From Octopus sinensis (taxonomy: Eukaryota): a DNA stretch of 64,000 nucleotides. The stretch covers positions 61,380,001-61,444,000 of the forward strand of contig NC_043005.1 of the NCBI RefSeq assembly GCF_006345805.1, given 5' to 3'. The notes under the pieces are model-generated. The model did not search any database and had not been told where the DNA came from. It saw nothing but the letters and a program-made list of their open reading frames with translations. This document shows positions 1-11,832 of this stretch, piece after piece (position 1 is the stretch's first letter; each line of letters begins with the position of its first letter). Made by a program: the position numbers and the translations under genes.

Positions 1-2061
1 AGAACGCAGCCGCTTAGCCCTAAGCAACCTAGATTCATAGTGAAGGACCATAAACCGAACTTCCACACCAACCCAGCGCTAAGACTCATATGCCCTGCTA
101 GCTCTGATATCGGGATAATCAGTAAGTACATTTTAGATAAATATATCCCTAGTTTAGTAAACAAACTGAAGCTCAGCCTTTGGGCCAACTCCTCGCAGGT
201 AGTGAAGTGGTTCTCTTCCATCCCCAATAAGAACCGTACTAGGTTCATCCAGTTCGATATCGCCAGCTTCTACCCCTCGATTAACCCTAGTGTACTAAAT
301 AAGGCCCTTTGGCATGCTCACAACAAGGCTGGCCTCACCAGAGAAGAAATAGATATCATTTTAGTTGCCAGGAAATCGTTTATTAAGTTTGATAATAAGT
401 TGTGGATCCGTAAAGATACTCCCAATGAATTTGATGTGCCTATGGGTAGTTCGGATAGTGCGCAGATAGCCGATTTGGTCGGTATATATATTCTCTACGA
501 ATTGTCCGACCAATTCCCAGAGATCGCGGGTGGCCTGTATCGTGACGATTGTCTGTTTTACCTGCAAAACACCACGAACAGAATAGTGCAGAAAACTAAC
601 AGCAGGTTAACTAGGTTTTTTAATAGAATGGGCATGAATATAGTTTTTGATAATGAACTCACCAAGGCAAATTTCCTAGACGTTACACTTAACCTTAATA
701 GCGACTCATACTGCCCTTACCATAAGCCTTCCACTAATTTGAAGTATGTCAGTGTCTTCTCCAATCATGCCAAAACCGTAACAGACAATTTGGTTAAAAA
801 CATCTCTCTAAGATTGTCTGGCTTGTCCGCTAGTGCCGATATTTTTATGCAGAAAGCGGAATTTTATAACGCCGCACTATCCAAGGCCGGTTATAGGCAG
901 AAGGTAATTTATATTGATCCGGCCCTTCCGATGACATCATTCGGTCATCAGGATAGGGCCGTCTATAATAACATTAATAATTTAAGTAGTGACGGGAGCG
1001 CGGCGGGTGCTGGGGCAGTCGCTCCCGCATTTAATTTAGCGAACAAGGATAATTATCGGTCCGGGGGATCTCAAACTAACCCAAAACCCGTTATTCATCC
1101 GAGAATCACCCACCCGAATGCGAGAGCTGGCGTCCCGACCCATCACATAAATAGGAACAAGCATATAGGGTTTGTAATTCCCTTTGGTAAGCAGATTAGA
1201 ACTAACCTCCCCCTCATGTTTCGACAAGCCATCGCCAATAACTTCCCCAGAAATTCCAAATATTACTCCACGGTTAATTCGCATAAAGTTAGGATCGCTT
1301 TCTCCAACACTAAAAACCTCGCCCAGATAGTCGCCTCCCATAATAATAGGATGCTTACTAAGACCCTACCACCTTTTTCCGGAGGCACAGCTTCTTCCGC
1401 TCCCGGTTTAACGCTCAGTAGGAATAATAATAGTAGTAATAATGATATGAGAGCCAGTACAGTGACTCATAATCTCAGCTCCAACCAGGGATTATATACT
1501 AGGGGTATAGTTATAAATAAGGGTGATGTCATTGACGGTAACGATGACAGTAGTGGGGTGAGCGCAGCTCGGCTCGCTAGGGTAGAGAGTCCCAATAGCA
1601 ACTCCAGCATCGTTTCCGGCAATAGCAGCACCACGGGCACTAGCAATGACAGCACTCTGAGTGATAGTGTAGAATCAGGGGTTATTCCGTTAGTTAATAG
1701 TGACGTAGTGGAAAATAAAGTAGTAAGCGGCTGCAGTTCTCGCAACAAATATAGTAACAGTAACGCAGTTCTAATTTCAGAAACTAATCCTAATAGAATA
1801 AGGTTCACGTCGGTGAACTCCAAGATCAGAAACGCCGTCTACCAATGTAAGGTTTACACGGACTCAGATGTCTACTCTTATGTCGGGGCCTCATCGTCAA
1901 GATTGTCCTCACGAATCTCCAACCATTACGCAACTTTTCGAGACGTGAATAAATGCCAGACCACGGGACTTAGCAAGCTAATATGGCGATTGAAGAATAC
2001 GAACTTTAGTCTCGGTCACAAAGAACATCTAAGCACCCCGTGCTCCCACCCACTGGAATGA
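1..2061 (+). mobile_element. Penelope-like retroelement ORF (RT + C-terminal GIY-YIG endonuclease), 5' part outside the window
   Basis: Frame 1 is open from base 1 (RTQPLSPKQPRFIVKDHKPNF...), so the GTG at 40 is not the true start. PLE RT motifs: KDHKPNF..NP..RLICP, FIQFDIASFYPSI (241-282), PMGSSDSAQIADL (439-477), GLYRDD (YRDD at 538-549), FLDVTLNL (673-696), YVSVFSNH. GIY-YIG-like AVY (1834-1842) ... YVG (1879-1887) ... RISNH..F....T.LSKLIW.LK. Visibly more GC-rich than the flanks. Confidence 0.92.
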
Positions 2062-2192
2062 CCGCTGCCTGACCCGTTAAAACCTTCAACGCACCCACCA
2101 CCAGTTTTCAACATACATTGATAAACAGTTTGGCCATGGGCTCTTAGGAGCCTCGTTCGATTTGTTTTGCTCCGCCTCTGTTCTTCAATTCA

Positions 2193-2196
2193 CTAA

Positions 2197-2255
<59 letters not shown>
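2193..2255. repeat. (TA)n microsatellite
   Basis: Uninterrupted TA dinucleotide run. Confidence 0.95.
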
Positions 2256-2257
<2 letters not shown>

Positions 2258-2762
2258 TCTTAAGACAGAAGAGTTTGATTCGAGAGAGATTTTATATTTT
2301 TGAACAATCCCACCAAGAGATCCTTCTCCTTTACTTTCTGATGTTTCAAAAGTTTTATATGGATACGGCCATCGTAAGGGGAAAGTGAAGATTTTAACGA
2401 CATTTTTCGATACAGAGATGGTAAATTTTATTGTGAGAGAGATTAACAATTATTATAGATTTTGTACTTATTGAATGTGAAAATAAATATAAAGATTACA
2501 CTTAAGGACATCTTTGGTATTTGCTCGTTTGGTGCATGCATTCATACAACCTCCTCTCGCTGTCTAAGGCTTAAATGACAATGGTATTTATTTGCCAGAT
2601 TATTGACATCCAGTGCAAACCAAAACCTAAGGTTTAAACGTGTGTCTGTGAATAGAGTAACCAATTTTATGCAGATATTTTTTGCTATATTTGTGGAATA
2701 GCTATCAAATTTGGGGGAGTGTCAGTTACAATAAACTTGTAAGTGCACTTTCGAGATTTCTA

Positions 2763-2914
2763 TTTTTAATCGTCATACTAGTAGACGCAGTTTGGTCGAA
2801 CATTTAACAAGTTTGCCTCGCAACCACGAGATTCCTGGTTCAATCCCATAGCGTTAGATTTTATATATTGCTTTGTACAACCTCGGGTCGCCTCATACAC
2901 TATGGAGGGAATTG
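2763..2914 (+). repeat. 152-bp tRNA-SINE-like segment, duplicated at 5752-5903
   Basis: tttttaatcgtcatac...ctggttcaat...cctcgggtcgcc...gaattg occurs at both places with the same length. It contains a B-box-like ggttcaat. Confidence 0.75.
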
Positions 2915-3330
2915 GTAGATTGGAACTGAGCAGAAGCCTATCGGACAGAATGGATTGAAACTGTAAATTAAAATGTACAGACTTTATCATATACTGTGCC
3001 ATACTGATTGATTCTATGTAAGGGTTACGTTAAAGGTACGAATGTCTTTGGAAAGATCAGCCAGTTACACGTTAATTAAAGGGCAGGTAAATCAGGTGAT
3101 CGAAGATTTTGAATCCTCGTCGTCCAACAACAAAAATCTACCCCTGCCATACTAAGAGCTAATCTTATATTTCTCTGACCTATATTCAGATTATGTAAAA
3201 ATATATTTCACAGCGCAGAAGATGTATAATTGGAAAATAACATTAGATTATCCTCAATAGTGTAGAAATAGCGTCTATAGATTTAAATATAAAATAAACT
3301 GTTTTAAAGAGTTTTATTACGCCGCAAGCT

Positions 3331-3545
3331 AAGGCGATGGTCTAGCAGAATCGTTACCGTGCCAGACAAGATGTTTAGTGTCATTTCTCCTGGATTTATG
3401 TTCTGAGACGAGAAACCACCAAGGCCGGCTTTGACTTTGATACTTTTCGGAGGATCTATAAAATAAATGACAATCGAGCACTAGGGTCATGTAATCGAGT
3501 AACCTCTCCCTAAAATGTCAAATCTTGCGTCTAAATTAGAAATTA
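3331..3545 (+). mobile_element. tRNA-derived SINE family A, diverged copy
   Basis: gcagaatcgtta...gttctgag...gactttg...cactagggtc..gtaatcga. Same layout as the better copies at 7900-8476 and 57436-58064. Confidence 0.65.
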
Positions 3546-4598
3546 TTATATTTTATCACAAACTTATATATAAACATGAAACTAGCCATGAAAGCTAATA
3601 AAGGCTGAATACATCGGTTATAGTCTGACTAACGCATAGTAACTACTTGGACATAGCGTCAAGTCCGTATCTTTTATGTGATACCGTTGAACAACCAATT
3701 AGTATTCCGACATCATTTTGACTACTTTAATTAATGTTGGCTCACATTGATACCAGTCAACACTTTTGCAAAACTTTTCAGAATAATGCTTATTAGTATT
3801 ATAGAGTGTACAATACGCACACGTATAAACATTTACAATTGCAGCTTTAGAGTAGCAATTAGTGAACCACATATAGTTTTCCATTTTCTATATTTTAAAG
3901 TTAAATGTGGATGCAAGTACGCGCACAGTGCATATTAGTTAAACTAAGTATTCTACCATCGCTGCTACTCCAATGCCTTTCTGGAGACAAAAATTCTTCT
4001 ATACTGTTGCTCAAAAGTCCATCACTAAATTTACATACACGGTACATGCTTGGGAGAAGTAAGCCGCACGAACTGTTCTGATCACTTTCATTGAAACGTT
4101 AGATATTGAACCAACGCTGTTAACAATTAATGATGTTGATATATTTAATTTATAAATTCCCCTAGACCGACTCCAGCTTAGTAGAAAAAAAACACATCTG
4201 GAAATAGAAAACCTAATGACTATCAGAGATAAAATTAATCTAGTTGTAATATAGGTGTAAATATATCAAGATATCACATCCTTCAAGTCGAGGTAACAGA
4301 AAGGCAAATATTGTAATTGTTTTATCAAAAACTCATCGCAGGCACTTAGACATTTTACTTGATAACTGTTAATCAGTAGAACATTATGAGATACTTTTTT
4401 AGTACTTGTAACAACATACGCTTCGGGCTATTGAGAAATCCATGGCCTTTAGTTATAAACACTGGGCAGTACAGGAATCAAAGACAAGCTTTTTAGATGG
4501 ATACTATCGTTCCTTATCACTGCTGATACATATCATTAGGTGTTCTATGATTTATCGATTACCTACTTGAGAATCAGGCAAACAAATCATTTTCCTAG

Positions 4599-4625
4599 GA
4601 AGTAGATACTGGCGCTTCCTGCAAT
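4599..4625 (+). pseudogene. Possible decayed LTR-retrotransposon aspartic protease motif (EVDTGASCN)
   Basis: gaa gta gat act ggc gct tcc tgc aat = EVDTGASCN, a retropepsin D-T-G-A motif. Flanked by stops, and no RT or integrase is recognisable nearby. Confidence 0.3.
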
Positions 4626-5484
4626 TGATGTATTCAAGAAGAATATATTTGAAATTAGTCCAACGATAGTACTAACATTTTCGATTGGTAATGAATTCAA
4701 AATCAAATTTGGCTTTTGGCCGGTTTGGAACTTATAAGGTTGTCACTCGAAACTGAATTTCAAAAGACTTTTCCTTCTTATAGTACTAATACATCACCAC
4801 TTCATGATCGTGAATGATCACCACGATACTCCTACAAATGATGTAAGAAGTATTTTCATCTAAGTGAACTGAACCACTGACAGTTACATATAGCTTTGGA
4901 TGCCACCGTGGTATGCAGTGCAGTACTGACAGCAAGAAGCGAACTGCCAGTTTGTAATCTCATAACCAAAAACAAACATAATTACTGGTTTAGTCAGTCA
5001 CTCTTCTACTTTTACACATTACAAAACCTCGCATAATGTTTTTATAGTATTCAATAATATTTATTTTCATTCAACGCGTGAGAAACCAAAAGACAGACGC
5101 AACTCGGTTAAATACCGTTTGAATACAAACAACAAATACGAAGTAAAACAATAATATAAAAGTAAAAACGCGGAAAAGTCTAAAAGCTGTGTGCAGTGAA
5201 TTTCTAAGATAAAAGCAAATTTAATCAAAGACCAGTGATACATCTTAAATGCTACATGACCGATCGAGGATGAGATTTCTTCTTCGAGCCAATATAGAAA
5301 AAAGAACTGGAAAGTGCTGAAGTAAGCAGCGTGTGTAATGATGTATTAATGAAGTTTACATGGATGGTTAGTGATGCAAGCAAGTTGTGTCATTGGGGAA
5401 ATATATCTGATACACAACTTCTTAAACTCTTATATCATCATCACAACCATAAATGATGCCAAGAATAATAATAAGATTTTCTGA

Positions 5485-6390
5485 TATTGAAATGATTAGT
5501 CGACTATATCGATCCCAGTACGTTGATTGTACTTTATCTTATCGACCCCGTTAAAAAGAAAGGCAACGTAAATCTCAGCCAGATTTGAACTCCGAAAGTA
5601 TAAAGCTAGAACAAACACCGCAAAGCAATTTGCTGACAGCTGACGATTTTGCCAATACGTTAATGAAATGCATAATGGTTTCAAATCGCCAGAAATTCTT
5701 TGGACAGGATATTAGACGATACATCAAGACTAATTCTTGACTGGTGGTCAATTTTTAATCGTCATACAAGTAGGCGCAGTGTGGTCCAACATTTAACAAG
5801 TTTACTTCGCAACCACGAGATTCCTGGTTCAATACAATAGCGTGGAATTTTATATATTGCTTTGTACAGCCTCGGGTCGCCTTATACACTATGGGGGGAA
5901 TTGACCAACGAGAGATGAAAAGCAAAGTTGACTTCGTCATAGTTTGAACTCAGACAGTAATGAACCGGAACAAATATGACAACGCATTTTTCTGACATCC
6001 TAACGATTTTGATAATCCAGCATCCCGACAATAATAACCATTATTATTTCAAATTCTGGCACAAGGCGAACGATTTTAAGGGGTGGGACCAGTCGATTAC
6101 ATTGATCACAGTCCTTGAGTGGCACATTAATTTATAAACCTCGAAATGATGCAAGTTAATATCATTTCGGTAGCAATGCCGCTAAGCATTTTTTTTTCGA
6201 ATTTTGTAAGGAGGGACAAGTCGTTACATCGACCCCACTGCATAACTGACTACATATTCGTTGAACCCGAAAGGGATCAGAGATAATATTGACCACGGCG
6301 CAACTCGGACTCAGAAAGTAAAGACGTATGAACTGCCGCATGCCGTTTTCTCCGACGTGCAAACGGCTCTGCCAGCTCACCGCCTTGACC
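5485..6390 (-). mobile_element. Cluster of about four SINE family A copies or fragments
   Basis: Repeated gtcgatta(c/t)atcgaccc, atcgacccc..aaag(g)atgaaaggcaa.gt.gac and tttgaactc motifs at about 5485-5660, 5905-6010, 6040-6190 and 6200-6390. Confidence 0.7.
5752..5903 (+). repeat. Second copy of the 152-bp segment at 2763-2914
   Basis: Colinear, high-identity match by eye. Confidence 0.75.
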
Positions 6391-6572
6391 ATAATACTCA
6401 TAATGATTCTTTCTTATTAGCAGCAAGGCGCGTACAAAAACTGAATTACGAAACTATTACGAAACGAATGAGGATACAAGCAAAATTCTAGAAAAATGAG
6501 AAGATAAAGACATCTTACAGGATATTAGTATTTGCTTAGCTGCACAAAAATGAAGTTAATTAATGAATATGT

Positions 6573-6945
6573 AGGCGCAGGTGTGGTTGTGTGGTGGGAA
6601 GTTTGTTACCTAATCACATGGTTCCGGGTTCAGTGCCATTGCGTGGGACTTTGGGCAAATACCTTCTACTATAGCCTCGGGTCGAACAAAGCCTTGTGAG
6701 TGGATTTGGTAGACGGAAACTGAAAGAAACCCGTCATATGTATATATATATATATATGCGTGTGTGTGTGTGTGTGTATCTATGTGTGTGTTTTTGTGTC
6801 TGTTTGTTCCCCACCACCGTATGACAACTGGTGTTGGTTTGTTTATCCTGCCCCCGCAAATTAGCGGTTCAGCAAAAGAGACCGAGAAAATAAGTACTGC
6901 GCGTTAAAAAATAAGACGAGTCCATTTATTCGACTGAAACAATTA
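6573..6945 (+). mobile_element. tRNA/CORE-like SINE family C with internal (TA)/(GT) microsatellite
   Basis: gtaggcgcagg.gtgg.tgtgtgg head, B-box-like gggttcagt, ttgggcaa...cttctactatagcctcggg core, ggatttggtagacggaaactgaaagaa, microsatellite, then ttagcggttcagcaaaagagaccga tail. Other copies at about 14598-15010 (-), 15285-15430 (+), 35500-36280 (-), 41085-41350 (+), 44755-44935 (-), 52372-52530 (-), 56430-56770 (+). Confidence 0.8.
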
Positions 6946-7899
6946 AAAAGTAGAATATAGAAAATGCAAATATAATTAAAATTCCCGATACTCAAAGGAA
7001 CAACAGAAAACTCCTAATAACATGAATGTGAAAACTTTAATTCCATTGTTAAGTATCCCTCACATGTCTGATACTTTCGCTAAGCCATTTCTTTTCTATA
7101 CTTGTAGTGCATGTAATTTCTCTTCCAAAAGCATCGCAAGCAATTTTGGAGTCAAGATGAGCTCCACTACTTCGTCATTGTTCACGTAAACCTCTTCATA
7201 CAATTTTCTATAAAACCGCCGAGGCGTTAGTTTGAGAGTTATTGCATCCAAGATGTTCACTCTACTAACAATAATTCCATAGGATCAAGACTGATGCCGA
7301 TACCCAAAACGTTTTTTTTTTTATTTGCTCTTTTTCCCCTGCAGATCTGAGGATGTGATGATCAAATTCTGTATTATCTGAAATGTTCTAGGGAAGTTTG
7401 GAGAAATCAAAACGAAACATCAAAAGCTTTGTGGAATTGCAGCAGCCTTTTATTCTGTTGGCCAAAGTGCATTCCGGGACGTCTTGCTTGATTAACTGTA
7501 TTACTACTGAGTGTAGTAAGAGCAAAATATAACTCTACACGGAGCAAGGTTTGCAGTAATGATAGAAAAAAATTGAGATCAGCAAAATCCGTTCTATTAT
7601 CTTGTAGGTATGTGCCTTCATTTATTTCTTTGACAGAATTGTAAACCGCGGAGATTTCAATGTTGCCAAACCTGATAAAGCTTACGAGCTCACAATAACT
7701 GCCGACAAATTCTTAGATGTTAGTTCAAGTGTTATGAATATCAATGCCGTTAAAACAAAAGTTTCATCTGCTGATACCTTACCTTCTGAAAGAACCCATG
7801 CAATACTAAATAGCGAGATTCTCAAAAGAGATCGATGAATAAATGATGAATAAGTGATGAAGAGTATAATCATGTTCTGTTCGTGATGTTATTTATTCT

Positions 7900-8476
7900 T
7901 TTCTACTATAGGCACAAGGCCCTAAATTTTGGGGTAGGGGCCAGTCGATTAGATCGACCGCAGTACGCAACTGGTATTTAATTTATCGACCATGAAAGGA
8001 TGAAAGGCAAAGTCGACCTCGGCGGAATTCGAACTCAAAACATGAAGACAGACGAAATACCTATTTCTTTACTACTCACAAGAAGCTAAACACAGAGAGG
8101 ACAAACACGGACAGACAAACGGATTAAGTCGATTATATCGACCCCAGTGCGTAACTGGTACTTATTTAATCGACCCTGAAAGGATGAAAGGCAAAGTCGA
8201 CCTCGGCGGAATTTGAACTCAGAACGTAGCGGCAGACGAAATACCTATTTCTTTATTACCCACAAGTGGCTACACACAGAGGGGACAAACAAGGACAGAC
8301 ATAGGTATTAAGTCGATTACATCGACCCCAGTGCGTAACTGGTACTAAATTTATCGACCCCGAAAGGATGAAAGGCAAAGTCGACCACGGCGGAATTTGA
8401 ACTCACAACGTAACGCAGACGAAATACCGCTAAGCTTTTCGCCCGGCGTGCTAACGTTTCTGCCAACTCGACGCCT
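7900..8476 (-). mobile_element. Trimeric array of SINE family A (one full head, two head-truncated units)
   Basis: Three copies of the atcgaccc.gaaaggatgaaaggcaaagtcgacc.cggcggaatt.gaactc core. Junctions gacgaaatacc|tatttc at 8061 and 8245 give a 184-bp spacing. The full A-box head (tggcagaaacgttagc on minus) occurs only at 8420-8476. Confidence 0.9.
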
Positions 8477-9894
8477 TCGGGGTGGTATTTATTGACTCGA
8501 AAAGGCAAATAGGACTGCACTATTCATTCAAGTTTAAAGATTCGTATCTTACGATTACGTTTCTGCTCCTTTACATGACTACAGAAGATGTAGGAAGAAT
8601 AGCGTTGTATGTCTTTAAATATATATCAACCAAATTTTGTCATACACCGTTAGTATAGTGAGCTGTTGACGGTCTTCTTCAATATTTTAGCTGAAAGGAA
8701 ATATTCAGAACGGTAATTACATTTTACTATCTTTATAACGTATTGTTAGATGCGTGTCGTTATTTATTACCAATAAATACCCATATTTTATGTGCCTTGC
8801 TTCCGTGTACAATTATGATCAACACCGGATTCATTTCATACTTATTCGAACTCTTTATGTCCACTGACTATAAAATACTTGCGAAAGATTAATTAGCTTT
8901 ATCGCTTTGTTTCTTGCGTATTCTATACGTTCGCAATAACGTTTACATAAAGTTGTTTATTTATAAGTCAATATATGTGAATTTTCTGAAGATTTCTCAG
9001 CTTGTCATTACGGCATCTGTATACCGTAGTGACGATTATCATCAATCATCCTTATCATCTTCAGAATTATCATCATCATCAAAATTATCATCGTTGCCGT
9101 CAATACAATCTTTACCATCATCTTCATCAACATCATCATACACAGTAACTACAACGCCAGTGTGAAGAACACTATTGCCAGCATTAACTACATTACCTTG
9201 AAAATTAACACAAGCCAGTGACAAAACATTTCTGTGTTTGTTGATCATACTAAAAATGTTAGCCAATCTTCTTCAAAATTTCACGTTCTTCCTTTAAAGG
9301 AAGACATAGTGGATAGCATACACTCTATCTGAGGAATGAAAAATAATGACGGGCTGGAATTTCTTTTCGATCATAGGACAACTTCATCGGATAAACAACA
9401 TTAAACCAACTTTATCATATAATAATGAATAATAATCAATTATACCAATATGATTATTATACCTACTTTCTATAATGGGTTTTCCATAACCTATATTATA
9501 TATACATTTGGTACGTACTAAGCCAATTTATAAACACTGATGAGGAACCCAAAGTTCCCACACTGCACATGTATAAGTATGTATATTTTGCACTAGTGTT
9601 TCAAAAAGCCACAATTTTCTGTATTTTGTATGGAAATATTACCACAATTGTAATAATATACATGGATGTAGTTATTCGGATGGTACGCTGAGTACGTTAA
9701 GCAGCTAGATAGACTTTTCTTGTGGGATCGAAATCTCCAAATTATTACAGAACATTTTATAAATATCAAATGACTATTTCTGATATAAGTTTCGTGCCTA
9801 TAAACTATGTGCTATAGAAACAGCCTTAACAATTTGAACTTAAAATCTCACCAACTGGAGTCCAATTCATGTCAACGGGAAAACCATAATAAGA

Positions 9895-10220
9895 CTAGGA
9901 GCACTCCGTCGGTTACGACGATGAGGGTTCCAGCTGATACGATCAGCGGAACAGCTTGCTCGTGAAATTAACGTGCAAGTGACTGATCAATCCACAGACA
10001 CGCGTACCCTTAACGTAGTTCTCAGGGAGATTCAGCGTGACACAAAGTATGACAAGGCCGGCCCTTTGAAATACAGATACAACTCACTTTTGTCAGCTGA
10101 GTGGACTGGAGCAACGTGAAATAAAGTGTCTTGCTCAAGGACCCAACGCGTTACCGGGAATCGAACTCACGACCTTACAATCGTGAGCCGAATGCCCTAA
10201 CCACTAAGTCACGCGCCTTC
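9895..10220 (-). mobile_element. tRNA-derived SINE family B
   Basis: On minus: ggcgcgtgacttagtggttaggg head, gagttcgattccc B box, tccttgagcaagacactttatttcac central domain. Short ataagac repeat on both sides (possible TSD). Confidence 0.85.
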
Positions 10221-11800
10221 ACTATAAGACCACACGCATATTTATTAACACATCATCGTTAAAGAACACACTGTGGTCGTAAAAGGAAGTTGATATTCGT
10301 AAAAGGAAAAATATATTCTCCTATGACACTCACAACAGCGACCAGCATATATTGCCTCTGAATCTAACTAGACATGTTAAGAATAAATATGCGGCTAATC
10401 ATTCCAGCTTTCGCCGCACACGGTTCAAATAAGAAAGGTGTTTTAAAGATATTACAGCAATCCTTAAGTCTTTTCTTTGTTGGAATATAGATTAGTTTTG
10501 ATTAAACTCAAAGTCAAATATTTTACGAAAGGAGACAAATTAAATGATGTCAACAACAGTAACAGATAATTATTTCGCGCTTTCTTGAGATGATGCAAAG
10601 CAATTCAATATAAAGGCAAGCAAGTTTCAAACTCAGGATTACGATTTTATGACATGGAAACATTTAAATAAAATATCTGAATATAATGAAAATCTGTAGC
10701 ACCAGCTTTGTATATTAAATTAATTTATTAGACATTTACTCTGGTCAATCAATCAACTATTCTCTTTCGCAAGTCCATTGAGTTATTTCATTTAAAATTA
10801 TATTTGAGTAAACAGAGATTTATCATTTAGACAACGAAAACTCTCCTATCTTTATACTTGACAATAAAATATTTGAGTTGCAACTTCAGTGTAGCATTGA
10901 TTGGGTATACAGATGTTTTTATCTGGACATACATATAGAGTATGTTCAATTTAGCGCTGAAAGACAAGGCAATTACTCATTAATTGTGTTATAGTACTAG
11001 TATCATACCACTCTATGTAAAGATGCGATGATCGATTTCGTTATTGGTAGCTATAACTCCAAACAAGGCAAAAAGTTTATTTCAACAGGAGGATACGAAT
11101 TGCTTAACTATTGCCTGATGGCCATTTTAGCTTTCCACTCTCTGAGTTCAACATTGTTATCACCGTTGCTGAGATCAGTAAATTACAGATGATATACTAG
11201 TCATTTTCTATGTAAATTCAAGCTGTCCGCCGATTTATAACCGAGTCTCAACGTGTCAATATTAGAAATTGCTATCTAAATACATGAATATACCAAACGA
11301 AGATTTAAGCAAAGACGAACTTCATTAAGAATTATTAAAATATTTACAGTATCTCTAATATAAAAGCGTCTATATATATATATATATACAAGGGGAGATT
11401 TCTGTATAAACCTCACTTTGCCTCGTGCAAGAACTTTCATCTCTTGCTGGTCGTTAATCCATGTACACAAAAAATTGGAATACAAGCGAAGTTTCGAGAA
11501 AATTTATCGCTACTACCCTTCTATGTATATTTTACCATTATACATAAAAACCGATAGATCAGTGGAAGTATTGATGTAGTTTATCAGCACACCTTATTAC
11601 CTCATGATAAAGCAGATCATTGGGTGAGTCTGAACACAAGAACTCTAAATCCGACAGGGACACTATCACAGAATCTCACATAAATGGGCTAACGTAGTTT
11701 CCCTTAAGTTGGATTCATATATACAGACTTTATTTAATTTCATTTATATTAAGTCACGTGTTAAACAAGCACAATTTCGATATATATGTGTATTCTTGCG

Positions 11801-11832
<32 letters not shown>

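Noticed and set aside
361-1823. Antisense ORFs 361-567, 1036-1341 and 1467-1823
   Set aside because: Shadow frames of the more GC-rich PLE ORF, with no motifs.
2059-2061. TGA ending the PLE ORF as possible selenocysteine (some PLE clades encode selenoproteins)
   Set aside because: Read-through gives only a short Pro-rich peptide with no nuclease motif, and I could not see a SECIS-like element.
7900-8476. Regularly spaced repeats superficially like a CRISPR array
   Set aside because: The units are about 184-bp SINE bodies in eukaryotic DNA, with no short repeat-unique spacer structure and no cas genes.
9042-9266. Asp-rich ORF on the minus strand
   Set aside because: Explained by a degenerate (ATC/GAT)n tract; no recognisable domain or splice support.
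9530-9590. CTGATGA + GGAAC/GTTCC stem resembling a hammerhead
   Set aside because: GAAA is replaced by CACA and stem III/cleavage triplet are not formed; at most a dead relic.
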